A stretch of 64,000 bases of DNA. It comes from Antechinus flavipes. Taxonomy: Eukaryota. The notes below the pieces were generated by a model. That model made no database searches, was not told where the DNA came from, and worked only from the letters and a program-made list of their open reading frames with translations. Below, piece by piece: positions 39,270 to 53,103 of this stretch. The stretch spans positions 639,654,001-639,718,000 of the forward strand of contig NC_067399.1 in the NCBI RefSeq assembly GCF_016432865.1. Direction: 5' to 3'. Position numbers and translations under genes: made by a program. The stretch's first letter is position 1. The number at the start of each line of letters is the position of its first letter.

Positions 39270-39520
39270 TATAAAGCATCTAGGTAGCAAAGTGGATTGA
39301 GTGCTGAGCCTGAAGTTTTCTTCTTCCTGAATCCCAAATCTGACTTCAGACACTTATTAGCTGTGTGACCTTGGGCAAATCCCTTAACTCTGCCTCAGTT
39401 TCCTCATCTGTAAAATGAGCTAGAGAAAATAGTAAATCACTCCAGTATCGATGCCAAGAAAAACCCAAACAAGGTCAGAAAGAGCTGAACTCAACTAAAA
39501 AGACTGAACAATAACAAAAA
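39270..39520 (+). mobile_element. MIR/Mar1-type CORE-SINE
   Basis: taggtagcaaagtggattgagtgctg...ctgtgtgaccttgggcaaatcccttaactctgcctcagtttcctcatctgtaaaatgagctagagaa...ccagtatcgatgccaagaaaaccc. Further MIR fragments lie at ~3740-3900, 6640-6750, 9560-9780, 16100-16250, 24840-24930, 26100-26230, 41840-42000, 48900-49000, 61380-61780 and 63530-63720. Confidence 0.75.
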
Positions 39521-40799
39521 CATAAAGCTGAGCCAAATGTCTACTCATAGTTCCCAAGTCCCAGTGAGTATCACTGACCTAGGTTTTCCAGAGGGCATTA
39601 TTTCAGTAAGCTATCTGAAGAACATTTTAGAATTCTGTGTGTATTATTGGGGGGTGGGGAAGCGAAGGTTCAGCCTATATGCTGTAACCTTGTGTTGAGG
39701 GGAGTCCATCTTCACAGGATCCCCCCTTTTCTCAAATACCTGTATTTATTCAGATGAAACATAAAAAGGAGGCCCAAGGTAACATGAGGCCTCAATAAAC
39801 AAAGTTGGTAATTACTATCCCATTAGCCCAGGGATTAGCTTGACCAGGCCCAGGGAAACAGGTTTCTCAACAACTTTCAGGGCTGAATCAAATAGGTCAG
39901 CCTGTCTGACAGCAGGGCAGAGAGCCCAAGCTCCTGGACAAGAGGTATAGCTCTCTCTAATCCTCAGAAATGCTGACTTTTCTGGCTCTGGCTTTCATTT
40001 GGTTTAACAGTGTTTAAAAAAAACAAAAAAGAAATCAAAATGATTCTCCCAATAGAATGACTGTTGTACCTCCTTTATTTATTTAGTCCTTTCTTTAAAA
40101 GAAGAAAAAAAGCCGGCTCTCCTGTTTAACAATGTTCCTCTAAATGAAAGGATGAATAATATCACAGATTTAGAAGATCTTGGTCTCAAAGTCAAAAACA
40201 GACCTTAAGAGCCTCTGTCCCAATTTCCTTGTTTCATCTTTTTGTTGATTTATTGAAGCGTTTTATATTTTCAGTACTACCATCACTGCCCAATTTTACC
40301 AACTCCATGGAACCCACCCCTAGAACCAACAAAAAAATCATTGGGCAAAACCCAGTCAATACAGCAACACCAACCAACAGCATAGACAATAAATAGTCCA
40401 TTATCAGAATCTTCCACCTCTCTCCTGAGGGGGAGTATGTTTCATTATCTGGTTGCTAAAACCTAGAACCATCTTTACAGTTAGTCATAGTTCAGACTTG
40501 TTTTGATGTCCTTTTAATTTGTACTATCGCAATCGATGTATGCTGCTCTCCTGGTTCTCTTTACTTCCCTCTGCATTAATTAACATAAGGTCTTCCCGGG
40601 TGTCCCTGAATTCCCAGTTTTAAAACATTTTATTTACTCTTAAGTCACTCATCTTCACTACAAAGAAATGGCAAGACAAATAATATTGAAATAGAGAGAG
40701 ACAGCTAAGTGCACAATGAATAGTGTGCTGGTTCTAGAGTCAAGATTTGTAAATTCCCATTCTTGTCTTTTTTCCAAAATCACAAGATCACAGAATTTT

Positions 40800-41200
40800 A
40801 GCTTTAAAGACCATCGACAGTCATCTCAACCAACTCATATCTAAAAAGGAATACCTAATACAACATCCAACTTCTGTGTGAAGAGGCAATCTATCAAAAA
40901 GATTATTGAGTCTTCTCTTTTCCCTGAACTAAACATCCCTAGTTCCTTTAATAACTCCTTAAGGGCCATAGAGTCAAACCCCTTTGACTCTCCTGATTGC
41001 TGGCCCTTAATCTCCTCCAGGTTGTCAATGTCTTCACTGGCTATCATATTCACAATGAAAACAGAACTTGCAATATGGTCTCTAAAGCACAGCAGGAATC
41101 TCACCTCCTTATTTCTGAGAACTAAGCCTCTTTTAGTACATACCAAGATTACATTAGAGTTTTAGCTACTATATCACAATGCTGACTCAAACTTAACTTA
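40800..41200 (-). mobile_element. L3/CR1 fragment
   Basis: The reverse strand reads LKELLKELGMFSSGKRED, the CR1 ELGxFSLEKRRL motif. Other L3 pieces lie at ~42760-43100 (+), ~45040-45400 (-) and ~59460-59680 (-). Confidence 0.6.
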
Positions 41201-44099
41201 TAATCCACTAAGATCTATGTTGCCAGGAGATTCTATTACAGATATACACAGAACATTGATTATGAATATCATTCTTATTAATGGACACCCATTCTGCTTC
41301 TAGCTTTTTGCTTTTACAAAAAGAACTCCTGAGACAATTTGATAAAGGTATATGAGGCCTTCATTTCTGTTGTTGAACTTTTTGAATTATATGCCCACAG
41401 TAAGGAGAGGAAGGGTAATTGCTAAATCAAAGATCATGGAGAGTTTAATAATTGTTCTGACATAATTCCAAATTTTTCTCCAAAATGGTTAGATCAATTC
41501 ACAGTTCAATCAGTAGGACTTGATTTCCCACAGCCCTCATCCTCTTTGTTAAAATTTATGGGTTTGACATGAAACCTCCATTTAGTTCAATTTTGAGCTT
41601 ATTACTAGTGATTTGCAATTTTTTAGTATCAATATTGACAGTTTGCATTTCTTCTTTTGAATTCTCTGAACTCAGAACCTCTGACAGTTCCCTCCTTTTA
41701 CAAAAGGGAAAAGTGATTTGTTCATTAAGTTCTTTCATTGTTCATTAAGTACTTTCTATATCCAATGAATTTGCTAAGAACTGTGGACACAAAGGTAAAA
41801 ATGACAGACTATGAAGAAAATACCACGGTGAATAGAATGTGGAAATCAGAAAATCTTGAATTCTAATTCTCCCTCAGACACCTACTAGCTGTGTGACTGA
41901 GCAAATCTTTTAAACCTTTTTTGGATTCAGTTTCTTCATCTATAAAATTGGGAGAATAGCAACTTTCTTTACAGAATGGATTTGAGGGTCAAAAAAAAAA
42001 CATGCAAAGTAATGTCAAAGTCTTAAAAGTTATGTAAAATTTTAAGCTTATAAAAGGTTATGTAAATACATATACATATATATTTAAGTTAGAAAAAATA
42101 TAGAATCGTATAAAACTTTCAAGCTTTGCAAGCCTTAAAGGTTATATAAATGCTAGCCATTTATATGTAAAATTACATATAAAATAAATATTAGGTAAGG
42201 GAAAAAGGGAGAATAGTAGCTGGGGGGATTTGGAAAGGTCTCATTTAGAGGTCCCCAGAGATGAAGGAATTTGCTGGAAGTCACTTGGTCCCTCCTCATT
42301 TTAAATATTTATAAAATTAAAATATACAGATGAGAACCTACATTGCTCCTGGAGTAGCTCCAACCATCTCCAGCTATAATTCTAAGACATTTTAGTTCCT
42401 CAAAGATTAAGAGGGACATCCAAGCAAAAGGATGAATGCAGAGCAGGAGTTTGTTAGCTACAACTCAGATTAAGGTGTGAGCAATAGCTTGCTTCCCATG
42501 TTGATTCCAATGGAGTGGAATGGAATGGACAAGGGAAACCAAGGACACAATTTGTACATGAACCAGCTACTTTTGACATGGGTCTATAGGGTGACTTGGC
42601 ATCAAAATAGCTCATATAAATTTAGTCTGTTTTTAAAAAAAGCCGTATCCAGGAGAAAATAGGCAAGAGCTCCACCAAACTCTGTTCCAATCAAACCACT
42701 ACATGAGTGTGATACCCATTTCTGAACAGAAAATGTATGAAGGCAATGACAAAGCAGAAGCAGCCTAAAAGATGGCAAAGGGCCAAAGACTTCTGACAGC
42801 ATTAATAGTTACCTTCATGTATTTGAAGAACTATCTTTTGGAAGAAAGATTGAGCTTATATTTCTTGGGTCCCAAAGGGAGAACCAGGAATAGATGACGT
42901 AGAGTTAGGCTCCATATGGGGAAAAATGGCCTCCAAGTAAAGAGTTATTCCAGCATGGAATGGATTTCCTGGAGCAATAGCCTTCCTGGAGCCTTACTAG
43001 TAGAAGGCTTAAGAGCAGAAGTTGAATGACCCTATTGGGGGAATGTATTTAGAAGAAATTCATATTTAAATATAGCTTAGCTAAATGGCCTCTGAGATAC
43101 CATGATTCTTTGATTGATTTATGATCCCTAATCTGCCCATGGAAATGTGTAGATATGGTAAACTAATAGACAAGCAACATATCCCAGAAAATCACCCCAA
43201 TAAACAATAGGCTTTTTTGGCCTAGGACACTGTAGGATATAATGTCCTAGGATGCTTTCTTCAAGATCATTTCTATCACATATTTTATGAACATTTTATA
43301 TGTTATGTTGTTTAATTTGTGGGGACTGTCTTTTTTTTTTTGACTGGATAGCCAATAAGTCAAGTCAAGAAGCATTTATTTGTTAAAGAAAAATATCCAG
43401 TGTTGAAATTTTTCTCCTTTCCTTCTTTCTCTCTCATGGAGCTTCTTGGGAACATATATACTGCTAGAAATATAAATAGGCTGACCAGGAAACAAATAAG
43501 TTGTTTATAGTCTTGGGCTATCTTAGAATACTGGCCAAGACTCTTTAAAAATGCCAATTGTTAAGTAATAAAGCTACTACATCAGCATTTGTTCCTAAAC
43601 AGAAGTAGCTCAGGATTCCAGCTCATCATTCTAGAACCTGGTATTTGAGTAGGAGGACCAAGAGTAAGCCCTGCTTCAAGGATGATGTTTTGCAGCTGAT
43701 AGTCCACAGGAAGAACAAAAGGGAAACTCTGGAGGCAAATACCACAGACGGTGTCAGAACTTGACTCTGCAAGTGTGGTCCTGATTCACCCAGACTGAGG
43801 AGATGTGCTGCTAAGCTAGAAAAGGCCCATCTGTGGCCCCCACAGGGAGCAACCTTGGCAATAGAATCATGAGAGAGCAGCAGCAACATGAAGCACTGAT
43901 TAAGCACCTGCTGTGTTCAAGGTACCATGACTTGCCCTGGGAATACATAAGATAAACCTACCCTCAAGAAACTTACAATCTATTGGAACACTCGGTCCCC
44001 AGATAGCAGAGAGAAACTCATTATCCCAAACCATCTGAATAGCAAAAGAGGGGAAATAATCCTATCTCTTAAGGGCAAAGCTGTGGGGAGATAAGAATT

Positions 44100-44950
44100 C
44101 TACTACACTGCTATTGGGGGATCATAAATTTGCTCAAACATTTTGAAGAGCAGCTGGGCAATATACATTAAGAGTTGCAAAATTGGCTATGCTTATTGGC
44201 CCAGGACTTCCTTTACAAAACTTTGCCCTGAAAATATCATTTAAAATGAAAAGAACACAGTGATGCAAATTTATCCATGGCTATGCAAAAATATATGTTC
44301 ACTTTATTTGTGATTGGGGAAAAAATTACACACAACCAATACAGACTTTGGCTATATCTAGGGAGGAAAACAACTTAGATAGAGAATAGGAATAGGAAGT
44401 TGAGATTTCTCCTACATGGCCAATGATTGAGCAGTATATGGATGAATTATATTAATGCAGTAGAATGATGTGATAGAAATAAGAAATGTTAAATATCAGG
44501 AAAGATAGGGAAGACCTCTTAAAAAAAGAGATCAGCAGTACTAGAATTATTCCCATATTGACTACAATTCTCTACTATAAAAAAGCCATAAGATGAATGA
44601 ATTTTGGAAGGATTTGGAAACAAACATGGAAATGTATTTGTTTTCTTTATGGTCGTTTGTCTAGTTCCATTATGTAAAATGACATAGCAGATTGGGTAAG
44701 ATTTAATTTTTTCTCTTTCATGTTTATATGGCTGTCATTATTGATGATCAAAATACAATTTAAATTGAAGAGGGGAAATGATCCTCTCATTGGCAGAATG
44801 CTAAGAAGTTGGGAGCACTGCTATGGATGGGACCACGGATTAGTTCAGATATTTTGGAGAGGAACTGGGGAACATATAAGTCAAATCACCAAATTTATAA
44901 TAATATAAATTAATACATGCATTGGAAAAAAAAACCTAATAGCAGTGGCA
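44100..44950 (+). mobile_element. Highly decayed LINE-1 3' fragments
   Basis: actgctattggggga...tttgaagagcagctgggcaatat and ggagcactgctatggatggg...cagatattttggagagg resemble the L1 ORF2 3' region. Confidence 0.45.
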
Positions 44951-46839
44951 GGGGACAAGTTTTCAGTGCCTGGAAAGAAGCAGTACTAAGGGCTCGATAT
45001 CAGAAATGAGAATGTAAAGTAGAACTGGAGACAGAAGAAGACAGCTTCAGGATTACTTGACAGAATCACAGACTCTGAATTAAGAGACTAAGGGAAGTGG
45101 CACTTCAGAGCCATTTGGTCCAACCTGTCACTAAATGGTAGTCCCTAGGCAGCAATCATCAAAGCTATATGCCAAGAATTAATGGTATTCTTTGCCTCCC
45201 CTGAGGTTTCCCATCCCAAACATGGATGGCTCTAATTGTCCTTACATTGTATAAGAATCTGCTTCTCTGAAATGTCTGCCCATTATTTCTAGTTCTGCCC
45301 AGGTATCCTAATCTGATCTCTCTTCCCCAGCGACAATCTTTGAGATATGTGGGGATAGCTGTTATAGCCCTCAAGATTTCAACTAGTCCTTGTATGATAT
45401 GATCTCCAATCCTTTTGTCATCAAGATAAAAATGATGACCAGACCTCAACATAATGTTCCAGGGGGATTCTTCCCAGAGCAAAGCCCAGCAGAACTAGCA
45501 ATAGGAAATAAAAGAGATAAGAACCAGAGATTAGGGACTATATACCAAGGGTGCAGGTTAACATCAGGAATGGTAAATGAGACCCAGGAATTTAGTAAGA
45601 TTATCAGGGATGAGATGAGACCCTGGGGGACAGATATATTAGAGAAGGAGGATTTGGGTATTAGGAATAGGACTAGTTAGGGATAGAGAAAACTAAGGAA
45701 TAGTGGTGAGTGCTAAGGATATGGACTGAAAATCAGGGGTGAGAGAAAGGGAATCCTAGGAAGAGGGAGTATATCAGTGTTAAGGGATATCATGGGTAAG
45801 GGCCAAGTACCAGGAACTGGGATAATATCTAGACTTAGGGATCATATACCTATAGGAAAAAAAAACAAATTTATGAAGACATATGAGGCACACAATGAAA
45901 AGAACATTGAGGGATTCAGAAAGGAATACAGAAAGCCTAAAAGACAAATAAATACAAAAAGCCAGGGAGAAAGGAGGAGTGTAGGTTTTCAGAAATGTTG
46001 GGGCTGCCATCTTGCATCTGATCCAGTGGATCACTCAAGAGCCAAAAAGGCTTAAGCAATTATTCCTTTTATTCCAATACCCTCAGCTGGAAGCAATTCT
46101 CGGGGAGGTTTACAAGCAGTCCAGAGAATAAAAACAAATAAATGCTGACTGACCAGAAGGTTAAAAAGCAGCAAGCCAAGAGGTTCAGGAGCTCCCTGAA
46201 AAAAATTTTACTTTTATTCTTCTCCTCGAAGTTCCAGATCAATCTGCTTGAGGACAAAGTTAACTCCAGCTGCTCCAGATCTGTACCATCACTTCTTGCT
46301 TACACAATATTAGCTGGCATTGTGGGAGTCTGTGGAGTTCCCTCATTCCCCACCCTCAATTCCACCAATATCCTGACCCACAACAGAAAGAGACTCAAAC
46401 TGAAAGAAGAGATTGAAAGTGATCAAAATAGATAGAAAAGATGAGAAATGTTAATATAGAGAGGAATCTCACAGAAGAAGCCATGTTCATATCTAAATGA
46501 GGGAAATCTTGTGCTAACTTATCTTCACTTAAGAACTATAGGCTCACAGTTGCTACAGGTGAAATAAATGGAAGTTTAAGCTTCTTCTATGTTCCTTTCC
46601 TCCTCTTGCCTAGCCATCAACTTGACTCCCAATGTCAACTAGGTATCATGGACTTTCCAGAAAAGATCACTGCAAAGAAATAGAGCCATCCTCCTTATTT
46701 GTTCCTTGGCAGCACCCATGGAATTGAGCTCCAAAATGGCAAGGTTTTTTTAAATAGAGGGAATCATAAGAAAATTCCTCGGGAGGAACAAAAAATCAAG
46801 AATATCAAGGAAGTCAATGGGGAAAAAACAGTAAGGAAA

Positions 46840-48320
46840 GGGGCCGAGCAGTACCAGATCTCAAATGACAGTACAAAGATATAATCATCAAAATAATTTG
46901 GTACTCAATAAGAAATGAACATTGATCAGTAAAATATATTAGGTATCCAATATATAGAAGTAAATGAGCATAGCAGCTTAATGTTTGATAAACCCAAAGA
47001 TCCTAGTTATTGGTTCAAGAACTCATTATTTGACAAAAATAATTGGGAAAACTGGTAAGTAGTCTGGCATATACTAGGTATAGATTACCATATAGGATAT
47101 ATCATACTACCATACACCAAAATAAGCTCAAAATGGATATATAAATTAGACTTAAAGAATGATATAAGCAAATTAATGATGCACAGCAAAAATTATGCTG
47201 AGACTATGACTAAGGGAACATTTCATGAACAAACAAGGAAAACAAAAGTTCATATGGCATGAAATGGATTATTTGGATTGCAAAAAACAAAAGGATTTTA
47301 TATAAACAAAACCAATGAAGCTAAATTAGTCAAGGAATGAAATCCTTGCAACCAATTTTCTCTGATAAAGCTTTCATCTCTGAGATGCAGGAAACTATGT
47401 CAAATTTATAAAAATAATCATTCCCCAATTAATTGAATGGTCAAAGGATATGAACTGGCAGTTTTAAGAGGAAGAAATCAAAGCTATCAAAAGCCAAATA
47501 GGAAAACATTCTCTAAATCACTGATAATTATAAAAATACAAATTAAAACAGCTCTGAGGTACCACCTCACATACATCAGATTGACTAAAATGACAAAAAA
47601 AAAGAAGACAAATTGATAGAGGAAATGTGGGAAAATAAGTATACTGGTGGAACTGTGAACCAATCTTACCATTCAGGCAAGAAATCAGAACTATGCCCCA
47701 AACGTTATTAAACCATTTATATACCCTCTGAACCAGTTCTATACTATTACCAAATCTATATTCCAAAGAGATCAAAGAAAGAAGATGAACATATATAGAA
47801 AAATATTTCCAGCAGCCTTTTTTGTAAGCAAAGAATTGGAAACTGAGGGAATTCCAGTCCAAGTGGGAAATGGTTGAACAGATTATGGCACATGAATGTA
47901 ATTGAATGCTACTGTGTTATAAGAAATTAAGAAGGGGATGGTTTCAGAAAAGCCTGAGAAGACTTGTATGAATAGCTGCAGACTAAAGTGAGCAGAATCA
48001 GGAGAACAATTTATACAGTAACAGCAATGTTTTAAACATAATCAATCTTGAAAAACTTAGTATCTATGTTTAATATAATGATTAACTACAGTTCCTATAC
48101 TCATGTTTTCTACTTCTAGAAAGAAAGCTACTAGACTCAGAGTACAGATCAAAGTATATTTTCTTCTATTTCTTTTAGTTGGAAAATGGCTAATGAGGAT
48201 ATTTATTCTACATGTCTATACATATTTTTAATGATTATTCTTGACTTGTTAATAAGTTGAGGAAGAGAAAAAGAAAGGGATAGAATTTGGAACTGAAAAT
48301 AAAATTGAATTTTAAAAAAG
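46840..48320 (+). mobile_element. LINE-1 ORF2 3' half and 3' UTR, decayed
   Basis: tttgataaacccaaagatcctagttattgg...ttatttgacaaaaataattgggaaaactgg...tcaaaggatatgaactggcagtttt...ctctgaggtaccacctcac. Confidence 0.75.
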
Positions 48321-49009
48321 TCAGTATTTCAAGAAAATGTAGAGTCTATCTAGTTCAATAACCTAATTTACAAATGGAAAAATCAGGACCCTGATGAAGA
48401 AAAATGTCTCCTTCAAGGTCACACAGCTAGCTAATAAAATTTTCATAGCTCTGTACTTCTCATACCAATCAGTGGTGGGGAAAGTGACTATTGTTGGGAT
48501 TAGAATCCTAATCTTTTACATATTTTGTTATATTTGTGGACTGAGAAAGGCCTTTACCATCTCTTCTTTTTCTTCAGACCCTAATCTCTTCCTCCCACAG
48601 ATATTCTCTTCTCAGGTTCCTGCCATTCCCCAGGAGCAGGTAAGTAAGGACAATGCCAAAAATGGAGATAGAAAATTGAGAGAAAAAAAAGTGATAGAGA
48701 CAGGGGGGCGAAGCGAAAAGGAGAAAAGGAAAAGAGACATAAAGACATAAAAGACACTAGAAATGAGAGAGAAATAATGAAAGGGAATGAGTGAACTAGC
48801 AAGACGGCCAGAGATAATCAGAAAGCTGGGGGGGGGGGGGAAGTAGAGAATGAACCTTAAAATGGGAGAAGGGAATTAGCATTCCCTAGCATTTTGCAAC
48901 AACCCTGGGAGATAGGTGTTCTCCCCATTTTGTAGATGAGGAAACTGAGGCAGAAAGCAATTAAGTGCCTTGCTCAAGGTCACATAGCTAGTAAAAAACC
49001 TTAGGCCAG

Positions 49010-50720
49010 AACCAATATAATAAAAATGACAATTCTACCTAAATTAATCTATTCATTGCCATACCAATCAAACTGCCAAGAAATTACTTTATAGAACTAG
49101 AATAACAAAATTCATCTGGAAGAACAAAAGATGAAAAACTTCAAGGGAATTAATGAAAAAAATACAAACAGAGGTGTCCTAGTTATATCAGACCTAAAAC
49201 TCTATTAGAAAGCAGCAGTTCATCAAAACCATTTAGTACTGGCTAAGAAATTCCACTGATTAGTGGAATAGGTTCACAAGACACAATAGTCAATGACTAA
49301 TAATCTAGTGTTTGATAAATCCAAAGAATCCAGTTTCTGGGATAAAAATTCATTATTTGACAAAAATTGCTGGAAAAATTGGAAAATATTATGGCAGAAA
49401 CTAGGCATTAACCAATACCTAACACTCTAAACCAAGATAAAATTGAAATGGGTTCATGATATAGACATAAAGGTTGTTACTATAAGCAAATAAGGAGAAC
49501 AAAGGATACTCTACCTTCAGGTCTATGGAGAAAGAAGCAATTTATGGCCAAATCACTAGAGAACATTATGAAATGCAAAATGGATAATTCTGATTATATT
49601 AAATTTAAAAGGTTTTGCACAAACAAAATGTAGCCAAGATTAGAAGAGAAGCAGAAAATTGGAAGAGGGGAGGAATTTTACATCCAGTCTCATTTCTAAA
49701 ATATATAGAGAATTGATGCACATTTCTAAGAATACAAGCCATTCCTCAATTGATAAATGGTCAAAGGATATGAACAGACAATTTTCAGATGAAGAAATTA
49801 AAGCCATTTCTAGTTATATAAAAAGTACTCTACAATCACTATTGATTAAAGAAATGTAAATTAAGACAACTCCAAAGTATCACTTCACACCTCTCAGATT
49901 GACTAAGATGACAGAAAAAGATGGTGTTGGAGGGGATGTGGGAAAACTGGAACATTAATACATTGTTGGTGGAGTTATGGACTCATCCAGCAACTCTGGA
50001 GAGCAATTTGAAACTATGCCCAAAGGGTTATAAAATTGTACATACTCTTTTATCTAGCAATGTCTCTACTGAATCTATATCCCAAAAGAAAAGAACCCCT
50101 GTGTGCAAAAATACTTGCAGCAGCCCTTTTTGTATTGGCAAGTAACTGCAAACTGATTGAATGCCCATCAGTTGGAGAATAGCTGAATAAGTTATAGTAT
50201 ATGAATGTAGCAGAATGTTATTCCATAAGAAATAATCAGTAGGCTGATTTCAGAAAAACCTAAAAGACAAGAATTGGTGCTAAGTGAAATGAGTAGAACC
50301 AAGAGAACATTGTACACAGCAGCAAGATTATGTGATGATCAACTCTGATGAACTTTACTCTTTTCAACGAGGTAATTCAGGCCAATTCCAATAGACTTTA
50401 GAGCCATCTGCATTCAGAGAGAGGATCGTGGGGACTGAATGTGGATCACAACATAGTATTTTCATCTTTTTGTTGTTTCCTTGCTTGTTTTTTCTTTCTC
50501 ATTTTTCCCCTTTTGATCTGATTTTTCTTGTGCAGCATAATAAATATGGAACTATGTTCAGAAGAATCATACATATTTAACCTAGGTTAGATTACTTGCT
50601 GTCTAGGGGAGGAGGGAGAGAAAAGGGAAGGAGAAAAATTTGGAACATAAAGCTTTGCAAGAGTCAGTGTTGCAAACTATCTTTGCATGTATTTTGAAAA
50701 TAAAAAAGCTATTTTTTTTA
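49010..50720 (+). mobile_element. LINE-1 ORF2 3' half plus 3' UTR and polyA (5'-truncated, ~1.7 kb)
   Basis: aatgacaattctacctaaattaatctattcattgccataccaatcaaactgcc (MTILPKLIY.F.AIPIKLP) through to aaaataaaaaagctattttttt. It contains stops and indels. Confidence 0.85.
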
Positions 50721-52342
50721 AAAAGCAATAAAAATGTCTTGAGGCCAAATAGAAATCCAGGTGTTTCTGACTCTCAGTCCAGGGCTCTAGCCACTGAACC
50801 ATGGGCTACATAGAAATGAAGTAGAGGGTCAGGGAACAGAAGTGCAAAAGACTGATGCAGCATGGGGCTTCCCTTATGGCTCACAAAGAAACAATATATG
50901 CTCCAGCCTCTTCTTTTCCTTCTTCCAAATAGATTTTATTCCCTGATCCCTTAAATAGTATCTAGTGGATGTGATTTTTGGGTTCAAGCTAAACTCCTGA
51001 TCATTATTCATGGGGAAAGAAAGACTCACTTCCCACCAAATATTAGTTCCACAATGAACACACAAAGTAGCAAAGAAACTTTATCACAAAGTTACTAGTA
51101 AAACAAATCAAAAGAAAGTTTACAAGAATGGGGAAACACTCTTATTGTTTCTTGCTCAACCAAGAGAGTGGGGAAATTCCCCCACATTTCAGTATAGTAG
51201 GCTACAGGTGGGTATATATGGAGACTCCTTTTTTCATGTTAGCCCCAGTCTAATTCTCTCTTCAGGAAACCAGAAAAGATTAGAATTGTCCATTTTCTCT
51301 CTCCAAATGAAGCCAGAAATACCCCAAGCAAAATTGCCCTGAAAACTTGTAGCTGAGAGACTGAATCTCTCATCTCTCCAACTCTACCCACCCCTCATCC
51401 ATGTGCAAGGCTTTGATCTCTACCAATGAGAAGGGAGTCCTATAATAATCAGCTTCAGGACCCAGGTTACACTATCATGAAGAGGCAAGCTACCACTTCT
51501 TGGGGCAAAAAATGGGCAAACTTGGTGATTCCCATAGACAATGCCAGTCCCTAGTTTTGGCAGCATTAGCCAAGCTAAGGACAGTTGTACTTGTTGAAGG
51601 TCCTGGAAGGACAGATGAAGCTGGTCCTCAGAAACCCTGTGGAAGAGCCTTGGGAAGCCTCCAAAAAACCCAGTTCACGTGTCCTAGCTACCTCTCCCAA
51701 AAATCCCCTTCCATTGGAATTTTCTCTTTTGGATCAGCCCGATACTCCCCAGATTCCCAAACTTCAAAACTTATACTCAGAATGGATCTCCTCATGGAAA
51801 CTAGGATGTAGGTAGTGCCTCAAGGGGAAGAAGCTTGTCAGATAATTTTTTTCCCTGGACAAGAAACCCTTAAGAGAAACAGAGGGAATACAAAGCAGGA
51901 AAATAAGGACTTCAGAACTTTGCCTCAAGCTAGCCAGACATTCAGAGATTCACATCCATACTTAATACACCATAACGCAAATGCACATCTGCCAAGGTCC
52001 GCATATGGCCCAATAACTCAACATGCACTTCCATCTCAATCTGCCAATAAACCCTCCAGTCCTTTTCAATTACATTGGTTTCAGACTAATGTAATCAATG
52101 AGGGGAAGCACAAGGAGGAGAAAGACAGTAATCATCAAGCATGAACATGGCATGAAATCTTTGGTCTTATTTAAATCCATTCACTCATCTCTTCCATTCA
52201 TTCACTCACTTTTTCATTTATTCACCTTTTATCTGTTCATTCATTCATCTAATTTTAAATTTTAAATTCAACAGCTAATTTAGGGTCTTCTGTGTGTTAG
52301 GCACTCAAATGAGACCATTTCTGCCACTGTACCAAAGTCAAT

Positions 52343-52348
52343 TTTATT
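52343..52348 (-). terminator. Probable polyadenylation signal (AATAAA) of the ODF3L1-like gene
   Basis: tttatt on the + strand about 275 nt downstream of the stop codon on the minus strand. Confidence 0.55.
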
Positions 52349-52621
52349 TAAGAAAAAATGCATACATTTTGGGGAGGAAAGTGGAGATCCTTCTTAACCT
52401 AATTGAGGGGAGTGTTATTGGGCAGAGGGTATAACTGGAGAGATGCCCATCAATAAACTGGCACCAGGGCATAGCAAGCTTGAAGGCAGGCTCTAAAATT
52501 ATCCTGAGAAAAGTAACCAAGCTCACCTTCAGAGGCCCCTTCTACTGCTGCCCTATAATCATGAAGGGGGGGGAGGAAAAGAGTCACGGTGGTACGGAAA
52601 AGAGGAGGGGTGCGGACAGGA

Positions 52622-53103
52622 TCAGTCCTCTATATCCACGATCAGTGGAGTGAGGTGGGGTGAATGTTTGACGCCCATGGAGAAGGAAGGTGCCTGGGGC
52701 TTGTTAGCGATGACTGTCTCCACGTCGTGGGAACCAGGACCTGGGTAGTGTGTCTGGTCACGAGGGAATCCAAAGGGTTTGCCCATGGTGTGGCTAGGGC
52801 TCCGAGTCTTGTAAATTGATGGCTCCGGCTGGTCGTAGACTGCCGGGCCAGGGCTTCTGTATAAATCCTTGTTGATATCCCCTCGGGCAGTAGTAGAACC
52901 AAAACTATAACATGGGGCAGAATGGTTAACAGGGGTATTGTACCCCAGCCGGGAGGGCTGTGGATACTGGTTGGGGGCCGGGTTAGGGTAAGATACACCA
53001 TATGGATAGCGGTAGCCTATAGAGTACTGAGGTGACCGGCGCTCACCAGGGGGATGAACCTTCTCCCAGAAGTATGTACAGGGCGCTGGTGTAGACCACA
53101 CAC
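52622..53103 (-). CDS. ODF3L1: ODF3L1/CIMAP1C-like (SHIPPO/PGP-repeat ciliary microtubule-associated protein) terminal coding exon
   Basis: cttctag|GT GTG TGG... runs open to TGA at 52624-52622. It translates STPAPCTYFWEKVHPPGERRSPQYSIGYR...NPAPNQY...APCYS...SPGPAVYDQPEPSIYKTRSP...PGPGSHDV...PSFSMGVKHSPHLTPLIVDIED. This aligns end to end with human ODF3L1 as recalled (EKIHPPGERRAPQY...NPAPNQY...PEPSIY...PGPGSHEV...GIKHSLHLCPLVIDIRD). Confidence 0.93.

Noticed and set aside
45300-46440. Purine-rich stretch with several ORFs as a possible ERV internal region
   Set aside because: No gag, pol or env motif, PBS or paired LTRs were recognisable.
51500-52144. Chain of plus-strand ORFs downstream of the ODF3L1-like 3' end
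   Set aside because: Non-ATG starts, no homology recognised and no convincing splice sites.
52622-53101. 159-aa ORF as a single-exon gene or retrocopy starting at GTG
   Set aside because: The M is a GTG two bases inside a splice acceptor, and an upstream in-frame exon exists at 62643-62756, so this is a terminal exon.
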